A DNA stretch of 64,000 bases from Candidatus Omnitrophota bacterium (GTDB lineage Bacteria > Omnitrophota > Gorgyraeia > Pluralincolimonadales > Pluralincolimonadaceae), in contig PLNR01000009.1 in NCBI GenBank assembly GCA_003141835.1, forward strand, positions 136,307-200,306. Direction: 5' to 3'. Shown here one piece after another: positions 26,682 to 37,123 of the stretch. The translations under genes were made by a program, and so were the position numbers. The notes under the pieces were generated by a model that made no database searches, was not told the origin of the DNA, and worked only from the letters and a program-made list of their open reading frames with translations. Position 1 is the first letter of the stretch. Every line of letters starts with the position of its first letter.

Positions 26682-28106
26682 TCAAAAAGGAATGACCCTT
26701 ATCGCCCTCACCGGGCGGACCGGGCATTTGTTCTGGCATGTCCCGCAGCCGACGCAGAGGTCCCCGTCCACAAGCGGCCTTAATACTTCCCTGCCGTCAA
26801 CGATATCTTTTTTTAATTTTATCGCCTTATCCGCAACCGGGCAATGCTCCTCGCAGACAACGCATTGTCCGTTCCCGGCCCAGGCTATGCATATCGAACG
26901 GTCGACCGCAGCGAGGCCGAGCCGCGTGTCGTGTTTCACCTCAGGCGAGACGTTGCGTATGGCGCCGGTCGGACAGGTCCTGCCGCAAAGAGTGCAGTTA
27001 TATTCGCAATATCCTATCTCGGGGATGAGCTGCGGCGTCCATACTCCCTCTATTCCCGATTGGAAAGAGACCGGCTGGAGCCCGTTCGTCGGGCAGACCT
27101 TCATGCAGTTGCCGCACCTGACGCACCGGTCTATGAATTCGCTCTCTTCCAGCGCCGCCGGCGGTCTTATGACGCTCCTTCGCCTGTGGGAACGCAGCGG
27201 GTCGAACCTAAAACCCAAAGAAAAAACGGCCAATGACGACATTAACAGGAAATCCCGCCTTGTTATTCCCTCTTTATGCCCGGGGACGGCTGCTGCGCGG
27301 GCCTTATTTCCGGCCGGCCATTCGAACCTGGTGATATTTACGGGGCAATCGTAGACGCAATCCATGCAAAGGACGCACTCGCCCTTCGAATAGCTGGAAT
27401 CGTCCCTTATGGCGCCCATCCGGCAGGCGCTTTTGCATTTTTTGCAGTTTTTGCATTCTTTGGCCGTCCGCCCTAAGAGCGCGGCCTTCGCAGTCAGGGC
27501 ATATATGGCCCCCAACGGGCAGAGCGACCTGCACCAAAGGCGCGGGATAAAAAGCGCCAGCCCGCATACTACGGCGAAATATATAAAAACGGGAAGAGCG
27601 TGCGGAAAGAAATGCGGGTTCACGCCCAGTGTGGCGATAGGGATTAGGTTAAACGAGACGAACCTCGCGAATATGGCCAGCGGGTCTAATACCCATGCCA
27701 GTTGAAGGCCTACCGCAGCGGATACCGTTATTACGGCAAGGATGAAGAATTTTGGTTTTCGGACTTTCGCATTGACCGCATCCTTCTCTTCCTTTTTCAT
27801 ATAGCCTTTTCTGCGCAGCCAACCAGATAGGTCTATCGCCGATCCGAGCGGGCATACCCATCCGCAGAAGAACCTTCCGAATATGAGGGTGAGCGCGAGC
27901 ATCGTGGTGGCAATTATCATTCCCGGAAGCAAAACTTTCTCGCTTAATGAAGTAAATATCATGATGAGGGGGTCTATCTTGAAGAGCACTTGCGGCGAGA
28001 TGCCACCATTAAGCGGATATGTCGTGGACCAAAGTACGTAGATAAAAAGGAAGAAAAAAACTGTCTGAGAGATCCTGCGTAAAACTGCCCATTTCTTTTT
28101 TGCCAT
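26682..28106 (-). CDS. membrane-bound polyferredoxin: NapH/MauN-like N-terminus plus additional 4Fe-4S domains
   Basis: 474 aa. The transmembrane region carries FCGWVCPLG and WCRSLCPLG, and at least four more CxxCxxCxxxCP ferredoxin motifs follow. Confidence 0.8.
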   Translation of the reverse strand: MAKKKWAVLRRISQTVFFFLFIYVLWSTTYPLNGGISPQVLFKIDPLIMIFTSLSEKVLLPGMIIATTMLALTLIFGRFFCGWVCPLGSAIDLSGWLRRKGYMKKEEKDAVNAKVRKPKFFILAVITVSAAVGLQLAWVLDPLAIFARFVSFNLIPIATLGVNPHFFPHALPVFIYFAVVCGLALFIPRLWCRSLCPLGAIYALTAKAALLGRTAKECKNCKKCKSACRMGAIRDDSSYSKGECVLCMDCVYDCPVNITRFEWPAGNKARAAAVPGHKEGITRRDFLLMSSLAVFSLGFRFDPLRSHRRRSVIRPPAALEESEFIDRCVRCGNCMKVCPTNGLQPVSFQSGIEGVWTPQLIPEIGYCEYNCTLCGRTCPTGAIRNVSPEVKHDTRLGLAAVDRSICIAWAGNGQCVVCEEHCPVADKAIKLKKDIVDGREVLRPLVDGDLCVGCGTCQNKCPVRPVRAIRVIPF

Positions 28107-28134
28107 ATGCTGCTTGACCCTGTTCCTGTTTAGG

Positions 28135-29100
28135 TTATAATCTTATGGCCTGTCTGGCGTTCAGAATCCTGCATCCTCCGCCGCAATTATCATATTCCGC
28201 ACAAACACGGCAATCCTGACATAAATCTTTATTCCGGAAGGAGCTGGTTTTTTTAAGTTCGGTTAATTCGGAAAAACCGGTTTCGAAAAGATTCCCCAGG
28301 ATCTCAGGGTTCTGCTCGCAAGTCCTTAGATTCCCTAAAGGGTCTATCACCCACTTGTCCTTTCCGCATACACATGTCCCAAAATTAAGGCTCGGATACC
28401 TGCTATGGTCTATGCGGCAGGACTCAACCGGGATTGTGACGTTTACCGGAAAATTTAATTCTTTAGCCTTCTTATCTGCGATATGCAGGACATCCTCGAG
28501 ATCTTCTTTAGTTATCTGGCAATCAGACATATTTTCCAGGCCGCGGCCTCCAGGCACAAACCGGTTTAAAGAGATGGAATCAGCCGAGAAAGCAAAGGAA
28601 AGGTCGATTATTTCCCCGATCTCCGACTTATTGTATTTAGTTATCACCGCGGATATATTAAGCCTCGCTTTATGTTTTTTAACCGCCAGGATCGCGTTTT
28701 TTACCTTATCGATGCGGTCATTTTGGCTCAAATAAGCATACGAATCTTTCCTTGCACTTACGAGGGATAATTCAAAATAACCTACGCCGTTATTTACCAG
28801 TGCCCTCACCACGCCTTCGTCCAGCAAGATTCCGTTCGTGGCAATCCCTAATTTGATTTTCTTTTGATTCAGGAAGGACGCGATCTCGATGAGATAGGGG
28901 TATAATAGCGGCTCACCGCCGGCTAAAGTGACCCCGGCCGGCTTGATCTCTGAAAGGATTTTTTCGAATAATTTCTTGCTTTCGGAAAGAGGCAACTCTC
29001 CCTGCGGATATCCTTTATCTTCTTTCCAAACATTATAACAATACAGGCAATTATTATTACAGCGCGGGGTTATTTCATAAATGAGAAATAAATTACTCAT
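28135..29100 (-). CDS. radical SAM enzyme with a C-terminal SPASM/twitch auxiliary cluster domain
   Basis: CNNNCLYC (CxxxCxxC), GGEPLL, and a C-terminal CVCGKDKWVIDPLGNLRTC...CQDCRVC...CGGGC. The gene lies in a local GC dip of about 38-40%. Confidence 0.85.
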   Translation of the reverse strand: MSNLFLIYEITPRCNNNCLYCYNVWKEDKGYPQGELPLSESKKLFEKILSEIKPAGVTLAGGEPLLYPYLIEIASFLNQKKIKLGIATNGILLDEGVVRALVNNGVGYFELSLVSARKDSYAYLSQNDRIDKVKNAILAVKKHKARLNISAVITKYNKSEIGEIIDLSFAFSADSISLNRFVPGGRGLENMSDCQITKEDLEDVLHIADKKAKELNFPVNVTIPVESCRIDHSRYPSLNFGTCVCGKDKWVIDPLGNLRTCEQNPEILGNLFETGFSELTELKKTSSFRNKDLCQDCRVCAEYDNCGGGCRILNARQAIRL

Positions 29101-30058
29101 TCTCCAAATCTGCGATCAGTTCATTAAGGCGGGGAAGGATTGTTTTAAATTCTCCAAGGGCTTTCTTGGTTTCGGCATATTTTCGGTCTATATCTTTATA
29201 ATAAACTCCCTGTTCGTCTTTAAACTTTTCTTCTCTTTTCTCTGACTCGTATCCGGAATAATCTTTTTCAACGGCTGACACGTATTCGTTTATCATATCC
29301 TGAGTATTTTCTGAGGAAGTAAGCGGCAATCTAAAAAAATGATTGTATTTTATTTTAATGATATCCAAAGCGTACACGCCTTCGGCATCTCTCTGGACAT
29401 TCGCTAATGCCCGTTGAAACTCATTATCAATAATCCTTCCCTTGCTTTTTAATTCTAACAATTTGTCTATTTTAATCTCCAGATCGTGGAGCATAATATC
29501 TTGTGCTATATCACCTGGGATCGCCATGCGCGTCATCATATTAGGCCCCACCCAAAAACTTTCAATCCTATAATCGGAAACCTTGCGTAAAAAACTGACT
29601 TCTTGAGAAGATATCATGTCTCCTTCAAGTTTTTCCAAATTAGAAACCTTAACCTGCAACTCCTTCTTTAAGCTTTCGTATTGCTCTTGAGAAATTGAAT
29701 TCCTGTATATTCTCCTCTGGCGATCATCCTTGACTTCATGCCCCGTTCGTTTTGGTTCTATCTGGTCCAGCTTTTTCCAGAAAGCTTTGAAATCTTTCCA
29801 TTCAAGAGTGCAGCAAATAACGGCCGTCGAGCTGGGCGGCTGCGAGATCTTCTTCTGTTGGCTGGAAGCCGAAAGTTCACCTTGACTGGCATAACTCGAG
29901 CCGCCAAATGAAAGAAAACCCAGCATAAGCAGTAACGAACTCAAAAAAAGACTACGGCGTTCGATCTTATTTAATTTATGCGGACGGATTCCCAGGGTAA
30001 ACAGAATATAGGCAGCTGCAACAGCAAATAAAACCACGACTATTTGAAATAATTTCAC
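29093..30058 (-). CDS. hypothetical membrane-anchored protein (2 N-terminal TM helices, CC motif, long charged coiled-coil region)
   Basis: A 321-aa ORF in the low-GC block. Its start overlaps the rpoD stop and its stop overlaps the radical SAM start. No recognisable family. Confidence 0.6.
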   Translation of the reverse strand: MKLFQIVVVLFAVAAAYILFTLGIRPHKLNKIERRSLFLSSLLLMLGFLSFGGSSYASQGELSASSQQKKISQPPSSTAVICCTLEWKDFKAFWKKLDQIEPKRTGHEVKDDRQRRIYRNSISQEQYESLKKELQVKVSNLEKLEGDMISSQEVSFLRKVSDYRIESFWVGPNMMTRMAIPGDIAQDIMLHDLEIKIDKLLELKSKGRIIDNEFQRALANVQRDAEGVYALDIIKIKYNHFFRLPLTSSENTQDMINEYVSAVEKDYSGYESEKREEKFKDEQGVYYKDIDRKYAETKKALGEFKTILPRLNELIADLENE

Positions 30059-31698
30059 GTGGTATTCTCCTCACCTAACCCTAGCCCCATCTCTAAGAAT
30101 GTCTTTAGTTTCTTGGAACGTATGGGATGGCGCAATTTGCGCAACGCCTTCGCCTCTATCTGCCTTACCCTTTCGCGGGTGACGTTGAATATCGAACCGA
30201 CCTCTTCGAGGGTGCGCGGGCAGCCGTCGCCTATGCCGAAACGGAGTTTCAGGACCTTCTTCTCCCTTTCGGTCAGCGTCGTCAGCACGTCCTCGAGTTG
30301 TTCCTTCAGCATCGAATAAGCGGTCGCGTTAGCCGGCGATATCGCCCTCTTGTCCTCTATGAAATCCCCGAAATGCGTGTCGCCTTCGTCGCCGACAGGC
30401 GTCTGCAGCGATATCGGCTCCTGGGCGATCTTCAATATGCCGCGGACCTTCTCCGTCGCCATCCTCATCGAATGCGCGATCTCCTCGGGCAGCGGCTCGC
30501 GCCCTGTTTCTTGCACGAGGTTACGTGAAACACGGATCAACTTATTTATCGTCTCGGTCATATGGACCGGGATGCGGATAGTGCGGGCCTGGTCCGCTAT
30601 CGCGCGGGTTATCGCCTGCCTTATCCACCACGTAGCGTATGTTGAAAATTTATATCCCCTCTCGTATTCGAACTTGTCGACCGCGCGCATCAGCCCGATG
30701 TTGCCTTCCTGGATGAGGTCGAGGAACGAAAGGCCCCTGTTCGTGTATTTCTTCGCGATAGATACGACGAGCCTCAAATTGGCCTCGACGAGTTTCTTCT
30801 GCGCGCTCTCGAACTGCCTCTCGCGCCTTCTTATATATGCGATGCGGTCCTTCATCTTAAGCAGGGGCTCGTCGAATTCCCTTATTACCTGGCGCTTCCT
30901 CTCCTTGAGCACGGCTGTATGGCCGCGCGGGCCCTTGCCGGCCAGCCTGATGACGTCCCTGTCTATCTTCTCTGCCTCATAGAGGAGGAATTTCATCCTG
31001 GCGGCGAGGTCTTCCACCACCGAAGTGGAGAACTTGAAATCCGTCAGAAGCGGCACGAGGTTCGTGGTCTTCTTGGCGCCGCGGAGCCTCTTCATCAGCC
31101 GCTGGATCTTCTTTATCACCTTCTCCAGCTTTTCGGTCGGGTCTATATCGACGACCTCGTCAATATTGACCTGCCTGGCGAGGATATCGTTTACGAGCCG
31201 CAAGACCTCTTTCCTGCAGAAAGAGCATTCGAAGACCGATTCCCTGAACCTAAACTCGGCTTCCTTGATCTTCTTGGCGAGCTCGAGTTCCTGCTCGCGC
31301 GTCAAGAGCGAGATCTGCCCCATCTGCTTGAGGTACATGCGAACAGGGTCTTCCATCTGGGCCATGCGAGGGATCTCTTCCGCCTCGGGTTCCGGCTTAT
31401 GGGCCTTCTCCTCCTCTTCCTCTAGGCCTTCCTCCTTGAGCTCCTTCTCCTCATCGGCATCGATTATCTCTATCTTTTCTTTGTCGAGGACTGCAAAGAT
31501 CTCGTCGATATCCTCGGACGAAGTGACCTCTTCCGGCAGGAGGTTGTTTACCTCCTCGAAGGTGAGATGCCCTTTCTCCTTGCCGAGCGCTATAAGTTTT
31601 TCGAGGCCTTTGATCCTCTTCCTTATATCGATCTTCTTCGGAGCCTTCTTAGTTGTCTTCTTCACAGCCTTCATCTCCTTGCGAAATCCTTTTGGCAT
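30055..31698 (-). CDS. rpoD: RNA polymerase sigma factor RpoD (sigma-70)
   Basis: 547 aa with regions 1.2 to 4.2 and [12 protein letters not shown]. Confidence 0.93.
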   Translation of the reverse strand: MPKGFRKEMKAVKKTTKKAPKKIDIRKRIKGLEKLIALGKEKGHLTFEEVNNLLPEEVTSSEDIDEIFAVLDKEKIEIIDADEEKELKEEGLEEEEEKAHKPEPEAEEIPRMAQMEDPVRMYLKQMGQISLLTREQELELAKKIKEAEFRFRESVFECSFCRKEVLRLVNDILARQVNIDEVVDIDPTEKLEKVIKKIQRLMKRLRGAKKTTNLVPLLTDFKFSTSVVEDLAARMKFLLYEAEKIDRDVIRLAGKGPRGHTAVLKERKRQVIREFDEPLLKMKDRIAYIRRRERQFESAQKKLVEANLRLVVSIAKKYTNRGLSFLDLIQEGNIGLMRAVDKFEYERGYKFSTYATWWIRQAITRAIADQARTIRIPVHMTETINKLIRVSRNLVQETGREPLPEEIAHSMRMATEKVRGILKIAQEPISLQTPVGDEGDTHFGDFIEDKRAISPANATAYSMLKEQLEDVLTTLTEREKKVLKLRFGIGDGCPRTLEEVGSIFNVTRERVRQIEAKALRKLRHPIRSKKLKTFLEMGLGLGEENTT

Positions 31699-33443
31699 TT
31701 TACCAGGCCGCTGTATTCGGCGACCAGTTGGGTGACACGCTTCTCGTCGCCCATCATCTGGGCGGCCTTTATAAGGTTCTGCAGCTCAGAGAGCCTTGAC
31801 TTCGAGTTATTGCACCTGATCCATCTTACGCAATCCGAGAGGTTCTTGGGCTTGTCCTTTATATCATCAGTGAGGCTCGTAGCCTCAGCTATAAGCGCAG
31901 TCAGGTCGCTCTCCGCGAGCTTGTTTATCAATTGGGCCGGCTTGAAAGATTTGCCGTCCCCGTATGAACTGAATATCTCCTCCGCTATCTTGCGCGTCCC
32001 CACGTCAACAAAATCCTCGGACTTCAAAGTCTCCTTGACCTGGGCGATCGTCTCCGGGTCATCGAGCATGAGCCCTATCACGATCTTCTCGGCCATCGCC
32101 GCCTGGGACTTCCCGGCCGACGAAGAGAGCTCCTCGGAGGGCTCGTATTCGCGGTCCGGTTTTACTTTCTTCAACTCCGAGAGCAAGGCCCCTTCGCTCA
32201 CCTGCAGCCTCTCGCCTAATCTTTTTACATACTCGGATTTCAAGACCGCGTCGGTCACCTTCGCTATCGTCGGAAGCATTTCCGCGCACATCTTCGCCTT
32301 GTCCGACGACTTCTTCGCGTCGTATCTCGAGGCGAGGACTCCCAGTTTAAAATCAAAAAGGTCCGCGGCTCCGGAGATCAGTGAATCGAATTCCCCGGCA
32401 CCCTTGCCCCTCACGAACGAATCCGGGTCGAAGCCTTTCGGCAGTGTGGCGACCTTGACCTGCATCCCCTCCTGCAGGAATATGTCGAGGCCGCGCAGTG
32501 AGGCCGCTTCCCCGGCCGAATCGCCGTCGTAGAGCATGACGACGTTCTTGGTATACCTCTTTATCAGCCTCGCCTGGAGTTCGGTCAGGCTCGTGCCGAG
32601 CGAAGCCGCTATATTCATTATCCCGTTCTGGTAAGGGATAAGGAAATCGAGGTAACCCTCGACTATTATGCAAAAATCCTTTTCTTTAATCGCCTGGAGA
32701 GAAAAATTGAACCCGTAGAGATGCCTGCTCTTTATATATACTTCCGTCTCCGGGGAATTTATGTATTTGGGGAGCGACTTGTCCAGCACCCTCGCCCCGA
32801 ACGCCACGACCCTGTTCTTGATATCGAAGATCGGGAACATTATCTTGTTCCTGAACCTGTCGTAATGGCCGCCGCCCTCGCGCGGCATGACCAGCCCGGC
32901 GCGCTCGAGGAGCTCGACGCCTACCCCCTTGCCCTTCGCGAAATTTATGAGGCCGCTCCAGTCGTCAGGCGCGAATCCCAGCTTGGCTTTCGCGATAGTG
33001 TCGTCGTTTACGCCGCGTTCCTTAAGGTAAGAACCGGCATGCCTTCCTGCATCTGTCCCGACCAGCATTGACGAATAAAAAGAGGCCGCCAGTTCGTTCA
33101 GCTTATATATCTGGAGGGCGTATCCGCTCGTCTCGAACTGCGACTGGGTAAAACGCGGTAATTCCACGCCTGCTTTTTCCGCGAGGGTCCTGACCGCCTC
33201 CGGGAAATCCATATTCTCCATCTTCATCACGAAACCGAAGACATTACCCCCGGCGCCGCACCCGAAACAATGGAATATCTGTTTCGACGGGCTGACCATG
33301 AAAGACGGGGTCTTCTCTTTATGGAAAGGGCAGGGCGCCTTGTAATTCCTGCCGGCGCGACGCAGCGGGACATAGCTGCCGATGATCTCGACTATATCGG
33401 CTTTGTTCTGTATCTCTTCTAAGACCTGTTCCGAGAACGCCAT
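31671..33443 (-). CDS. dnaG: DNA primase
   Basis: 590 aa with the zinc-binding motif [11 protein letters not shown]...CFGCG and a TOPRIM domain. Confidence 0.92.
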   Translation of the reverse strand: MAFSEQVLEEIQNKADIVEIIGSYVPLRRAGRNYKAPCPFHKEKTPSFMVSPSKQIFHCFGCGAGGNVFGFVMKMENMDFPEAVRTLAEKAGVELPRFTQSQFETSGYALQIYKLNELAASFYSSMLVGTDAGRHAGSYLKERGVNDDTIAKAKLGFAPDDWSGLINFAKGKGVGVELLERAGLVMPREGGGHYDRFRNKIMFPIFDIKNRVVAFGARVLDKSLPKYINSPETEVYIKSRHLYGFNFSLQAIKEKDFCIIVEGYLDFLIPYQNGIMNIAASLGTSLTELQARLIKRYTKNVVMLYDGDSAGEAASLRGLDIFLQEGMQVKVATLPKGFDPDSFVRGKGAGEFDSLISGAADLFDFKLGVLASRYDAKKSSDKAKMCAEMLPTIAKVTDAVLKSEYVKRLGERLQVSEGALLSELKKVKPDREYEPSEELSSSAGKSQAAMAEKIVIGLMLDDPETIAQVKETLKSEDFVDVGTRKIAEEIFSSYGDGKSFKPAQLINKLAESDLTALIAEATSLTDDIKDKPKNLSDCVRWIRCNNSKSRLSELQNLIKAAQMMGDEKRVTQLVAEYSGLVKCQKDFARR

Positions 33444-33447
33444 TACG

Positions 33448-34401
33448 CTAACGGCTTATCCTTTCGAATCCCGCGGTGCCGATGAACTCGATCTTATCCT
33501 CTTTCGCGAGCTTGTCGAATAAGAGGTTCAGGCCGAGGTTATCGCTCGAGATATGCCCCGCGATCACGATATTTAAATGGCCCTTCTGCACGTTCTTGAA
33601 ATGCTCTTCGCCCAGGTGCATGCAGATTATCGTCCCGACGCCGGCGGCCTCGAGCTTCTCGAACATATCCTTCGGCCCTTCGGTCCCCCCGGTCATGTCG
33701 ACGAATATCCTGCCCGGCCTGTTCCTCGGCTCGCCGAAGAGTATCCTGGGCCCGGCGTTGCGTTTCGCGGCGTTCCTGTATTCGGGTATCTCCCTTAATA
33801 TCTCGACCACTTCGCTTAATACCTCGGGCTTCTTGCTGTCAAAGATCTTCTGGAGAAAACTTGTGACGTGGTTATCTGCCGGCGTATGTATGCACATCAT
33901 CGGCAGGCCGAGGAGTTTCGCGGCATCGACCGCCCGGGTGTGGTTGCCGCCCAGTACGCGGCGCTCGACTTCCTTTATCCTGTCCCTCATGAGCCCTTCG
34001 GCCGTATTTATCGGGACGCCGAATTTGTACCAGATATCCGGCTGCATGTTCATCACTTCGTAAAAATTGGCCATCGCGCTGCCTTCCGGGTGGTGTGCCA
34101 ACACGAGATCTATCTTCCTGCCCTTCTCGTTCAACCTGTCGGCAAGCAATACCTCGGCCGATTCCATATCGACCCCGACGAGAGCCTTCTTGATCTCCGT
34201 GGAACCCTCGCCGTTCAATATGCGCGTATCGGCGTAGGGATTGGTAAGTTTTTCCTTATCGAAAAATTCCTTGTCTTTCTCCTTTAACGCCTCATATTCT
34301 TTCTTGACCCTGGCGAGTTGCTTCGCGATCACTTCCTTACCGCGCGGGTCGGCGGCCATCCCTTCCCTTACCGCGAAATCGTACAATTTGGATAATTTCA
34401 A
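33448..34401 (-). CDS. Nif3-family dinuclear metal centre protein (YqfO/YbgI-like)
   Basis: 317 aa with the Nif3/DUF34 fold and an insertion domain. It precedes dnaG-rpoD as in the Bacillus yqfO-sigA region. Confidence 0.75.
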   Translation of the reverse strand: MKLSKLYDFAVREGMAADPRGKEVIAKQLARVKKEYEALKEKDKEFFDKEKLTNPYADTRILNGEGSTEIKKALVGVDMESAEVLLADRLNEKGRKIDLVLAHHPEGSAMANFYEVMNMQPDIWYKFGVPINTAEGLMRDRIKEVERRVLGGNHTRAVDAAKLLGLPMMCIHTPADNHVTSFLQKIFDSKKPEVLSEVVEILREIPEYRNAAKRNAGPRILFGEPRNRPGRIFVDMTGGTEGPKDMFEKLEAAGVGTIICMHLGEEHFKNVQKGHLNIVIAGHISSDNLGLNLLFDKLAKEDKIEFIGTAGFERISR

Positions 34402-34438
34402 TTCAACCTCCTGTAGTCTTATAGAAAAATGAGTTTGT

Positions 34439-35008
34439 TTACTTACCCTTCGGGAGCGCTTTTGCGAGTTCCGGGGATGTCCTTGCTAAGACCTGATATA
34501 CGTTGGGCGCTATCTTCGCTACGTAGGGGCCTGTCAGGGAACGTTCCTCTACAGATTTTACCAGGTAATCGACCTGGATGATGCTAAATAGCATGAATAA
34601 AAGGCTCATCAGGACCGCGCCGCGGAACAGGCCCACCATGAACCCGCCCCATTTATCTATCTTGTCGGCAAAGGCCAGCTTTACTATCTTGGTCAAACCG
34701 AGGGCGACTAATTTCATACTTAGCATAGACAGTAAAATTAGTATTAAAAAAGTCGCGCCGTCGACATATTCCTGTGGCAGGGATACGGTAGAATTAATGC
34801 GGCTTCCTAGAGCGGAATAGAATTTGATGGAAAAAAAGAGGCCCAGCAGGACGCCTATTATCCTGAAGATCTCTTCTGAAAGTCCGTTACGCGCTCCAAT
34901 ATAAGCTGTTCTAATTAAAAGGATTACGATCAGGACATCGACCCAATTGATACGCTGGAATACTTCTGGCAAGAGATTTCTCCTGATATTTGTAACCAAG
35001 TATATCAC
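34439..35008 (-). CDS. cvpA: CvpA-family membrane protein (colicin V production protein-like)
   Basis: The INWVD N-terminal motif is present with multiple transmembrane helices. The true start may be internal, possibly a TTG. Confidence 0.7.
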   Translation of the reverse strand: MIYLVTNIRRNLLPEVFQRINWVDVLIVILLIRTAYIGARNGLSEEIFRIIGVLLGLFFSIKFYSALGSRINSTVSLPQEYVDGATFLILILLSMLSMKLVALGLTKIVKLAFADKIDKWGGFMVGLFRGAVLMSLLFMLFSIIQVDYLVKSVEERSLTGPYVAKIAPNVYQVLARTSPELAKALPKGK

Positions 35009-35043
35009 ATAGGGTTAGAATTGTCAAGGTAGGCAAAAAAGGC

Positions 35044-36270
35044 TTACTTTTTAAGGACTTCCTTGAATTTCTGCGTAAGGGCCGGGACGATCTCGTTCAA
35101 GTCGCCTACGATCCCGTAGGTCGCGACCGAGAATATAGGGGCAAGCGGGTCCTTATTGATCGCGATGATGATATCCGAGGAAGACATTCCGGCAAGGTGC
35201 TGTATCTGCCCGGATATGCCGCAGGCAAAATATATCTTCGGGCAGACGGTCTTTCCGGTCTGGCCTACCTGGTGCGAGTACGGTATCCATTCTGCGTCAA
35301 CGGCCGAACGTGACGCGCCGACAGCGCCGCCCAATACCTTTGCGAGCTCTTCGATGATCTTGAAATTTTCGGGTTTGCCAAGTCCTCTCCCTCCCGAGAC
35401 GATTATGTTCGCCTCGGTGAGGTTCGCTGTAGCCGACTCCTCTTCTTTTATCTCCAGTAATTTCGTGCGGGAATCGTAAAGGTTACCCGGATAGCTCTTC
35501 TTTATCACCTGGCCGGTCCTGGCCTTGTCGACAACCGCTTCCTTGAATACTTTGTGGCGGACCGTCGACATCTGCGGACGGTAATTCTCGCAGACGATAG
35601 TCGCCATGATGTTTCCGCCGAACGCCGGGCGGGTCTGTAATAGTAATTTCTTCTCTTTATCGATGGCCAACCCGGTGCAATCAGCGGTCAGGCCCGTATA
35701 AAGCTTCACCGCAACACGCGAGGCGAGCGACCTTCCGATGGAGGTAGCGCCGTACAAGAGTATCTCAGGTTTGAATTCTTTTACCATCTCGACGATGATA
35801 TTGGTATAAGGCTCGTCCATGTAATTCTTGAGTTTCGGGTCCTCGACGAGATATACCTTATCCGCGCCGCGCGAGAATAATTCCTGGGCCTTGGCTCCTA
35901 TGCCGTCGCCTATCAGGATGCAGGCGAGCTCTGTGCCGAGGTCATTGGCGAGCTCCCTGCCTTTTCCGAGGAGTTCGTATACGACGCTCTGGACATCCCC
36001 CTTCTTCTGCTCGGCGAATACCCAGACGCCTTTATACGAACTCAGGTCGGCTTTAGGCGCGACCTTGCAGGTGGTAAGTTCTATCGCCTTAAATTTGCAT
36101 GTTGCGACACACGCGCCGCAGAGCGTGCATTTCCCGAAATCTATGACCGCCTTCTTGTCCTGCATCGTTATCGCGCCGAACGGGCAGCTCTTGACGCACA
36201 GCGTGCATCCCGTGCATTTATCGAGTAAAATACGTATTGAACATTCCTGGGGATTATTTTGGTCTGCCAT
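35044..36270 (-). CDS. etfA: electron transfer flavoprotein alpha subunit with an N-terminal 2x[4Fe-4S] ferredoxin domain
   Basis: The N-terminus has CTGCTLCVKSCP and CTLCGACVATC. The C-terminus is an EtfA FAD-binding domain. Confidence 0.88.
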   Translation of the reverse strand: MADQNNPQECSIRILLDKCTGCTLCVKSCPFGAITMQDKKAVIDFGKCTLCGACVATCKFKAIELTTCKVAPKADLSSYKGVWVFAEQKKGDVQSVVYELLGKGRELANDLGTELACILIGDGIGAKAQELFSRGADKVYLVEDPKLKNYMDEPYTNIIVEMVKEFKPEILLYGATSIGRSLASRVAVKLYTGLTADCTGLAIDKEKKLLLQTRPAFGGNIMATIVCENYRPQMSTVRHKVFKEAVVDKARTGQVIKKSYPGNLYDSRTKLLEIKEEESATANLTEANIIVSGGRGLGKPENFKIIEELAKVLGGAVGASRSAVDAEWIPYSHQVGQTGKTVCPKIYFACGISGQIQHLAGMSSSDIIIAINKDPLAPIFSVATYGIVGDLNEIVPALTQKFKEVLKK

Positions 36271-37068
36271 TTATGTCTTTCCTGCCGCGACTACCATGTC
36301 TTTTAACGCCTCGACGAGTTTAGCCACGACCTCATTGGTCTCGCCCTGCAATATTTGCCCGCCGGTCCTCTTGGGCGGAGAAAATACTTTCTTGACGACC
36401 GTCGGGGAACCCTTAAGCCCGAGTTTCTCCGGTTCGGCGTCAATATCTTTCGCGGTCAGCGTCGTCACCGGCGCCTGTTTGGCGCGTATCTTCCCTTTTA
36501 ACGAGGGAAGCCGCGGGAAATTTATCTCTTTTACGACAGTGATAAGGCACGGCAGCGGGGTTTCTATGACCTCGAACCCTTCCTCCGTCATCTTCTCGAA
36601 CCTCGCCATCCCCTCTTTTATCTCTTCTGTCTTTTTCACGTATGTGACCTGCGGAATATCGAGGGTGGCGGCTATTCCCGGCCCGACCTGCGCCGTGTCG
36701 CCGTCGATCGCCTGTTTGCCGCATATTATAAGGTCGAATTTGCCGAGCTTCTGTATGCCCTTCGCGAGGGTATAGCTCGTCGCCCATGTATCGGAGCCTG
36801 CGAACGCGCGATCGCACATGAGGACCATCTCGTCCACACCCATCGATACCGCCTCGCGCATCGCCTCTTCGGCCTGCTTCGGGCCCATGCTGATGACCGT
36901 GATCTTACCGCCGAGCTTTTCCTTGATCCTGAGAGCCTCTTCTATGGCATACATGTCAAAGGGATTCACTATCGACTGGACGCCCTCGCGCATCAGGGTA
37001 TTTGTCTCGGGGTTGATCCTTATGTCCTGCGTATCGGGGACTTGCTTTATGCAGACTATGATATTCAC
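36271..37068 (-). CDS. etfB: electron transfer flavoprotein beta subunit
   Basis: 265 aa of the EtfB family, with a GTG start. Confidence 0.88.
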   Translation of the reverse strand: MNIIVCIKQVPDTQDIRINPETNTLMREGVQSIVNPFDMYAIEEALRIKEKLGGKITVISMGPKQAEEAMREAVSMGVDEMVLMCDRAFAGSDTWATSYTLAKGIQKLGKFDLIICGKQAIDGDTAQVGPGIAATLDIPQVTYVKKTEEIKEGMARFEKMTEEGFEVIETPLPCLITVVKEINFPRLPSLKGKIRAKQAPVTTLTAKDIDAEPEKLGLKGSPTVVKKVFSPPKRTGGQILQGETNEVVAKLVEALKDMVVAAGKT

Positions 37069-37123
37069 CCCACACCTCCTACTTTCATTCTCAGCGCTTG
37101 TATTATATAGAGATGTGTGGGGT

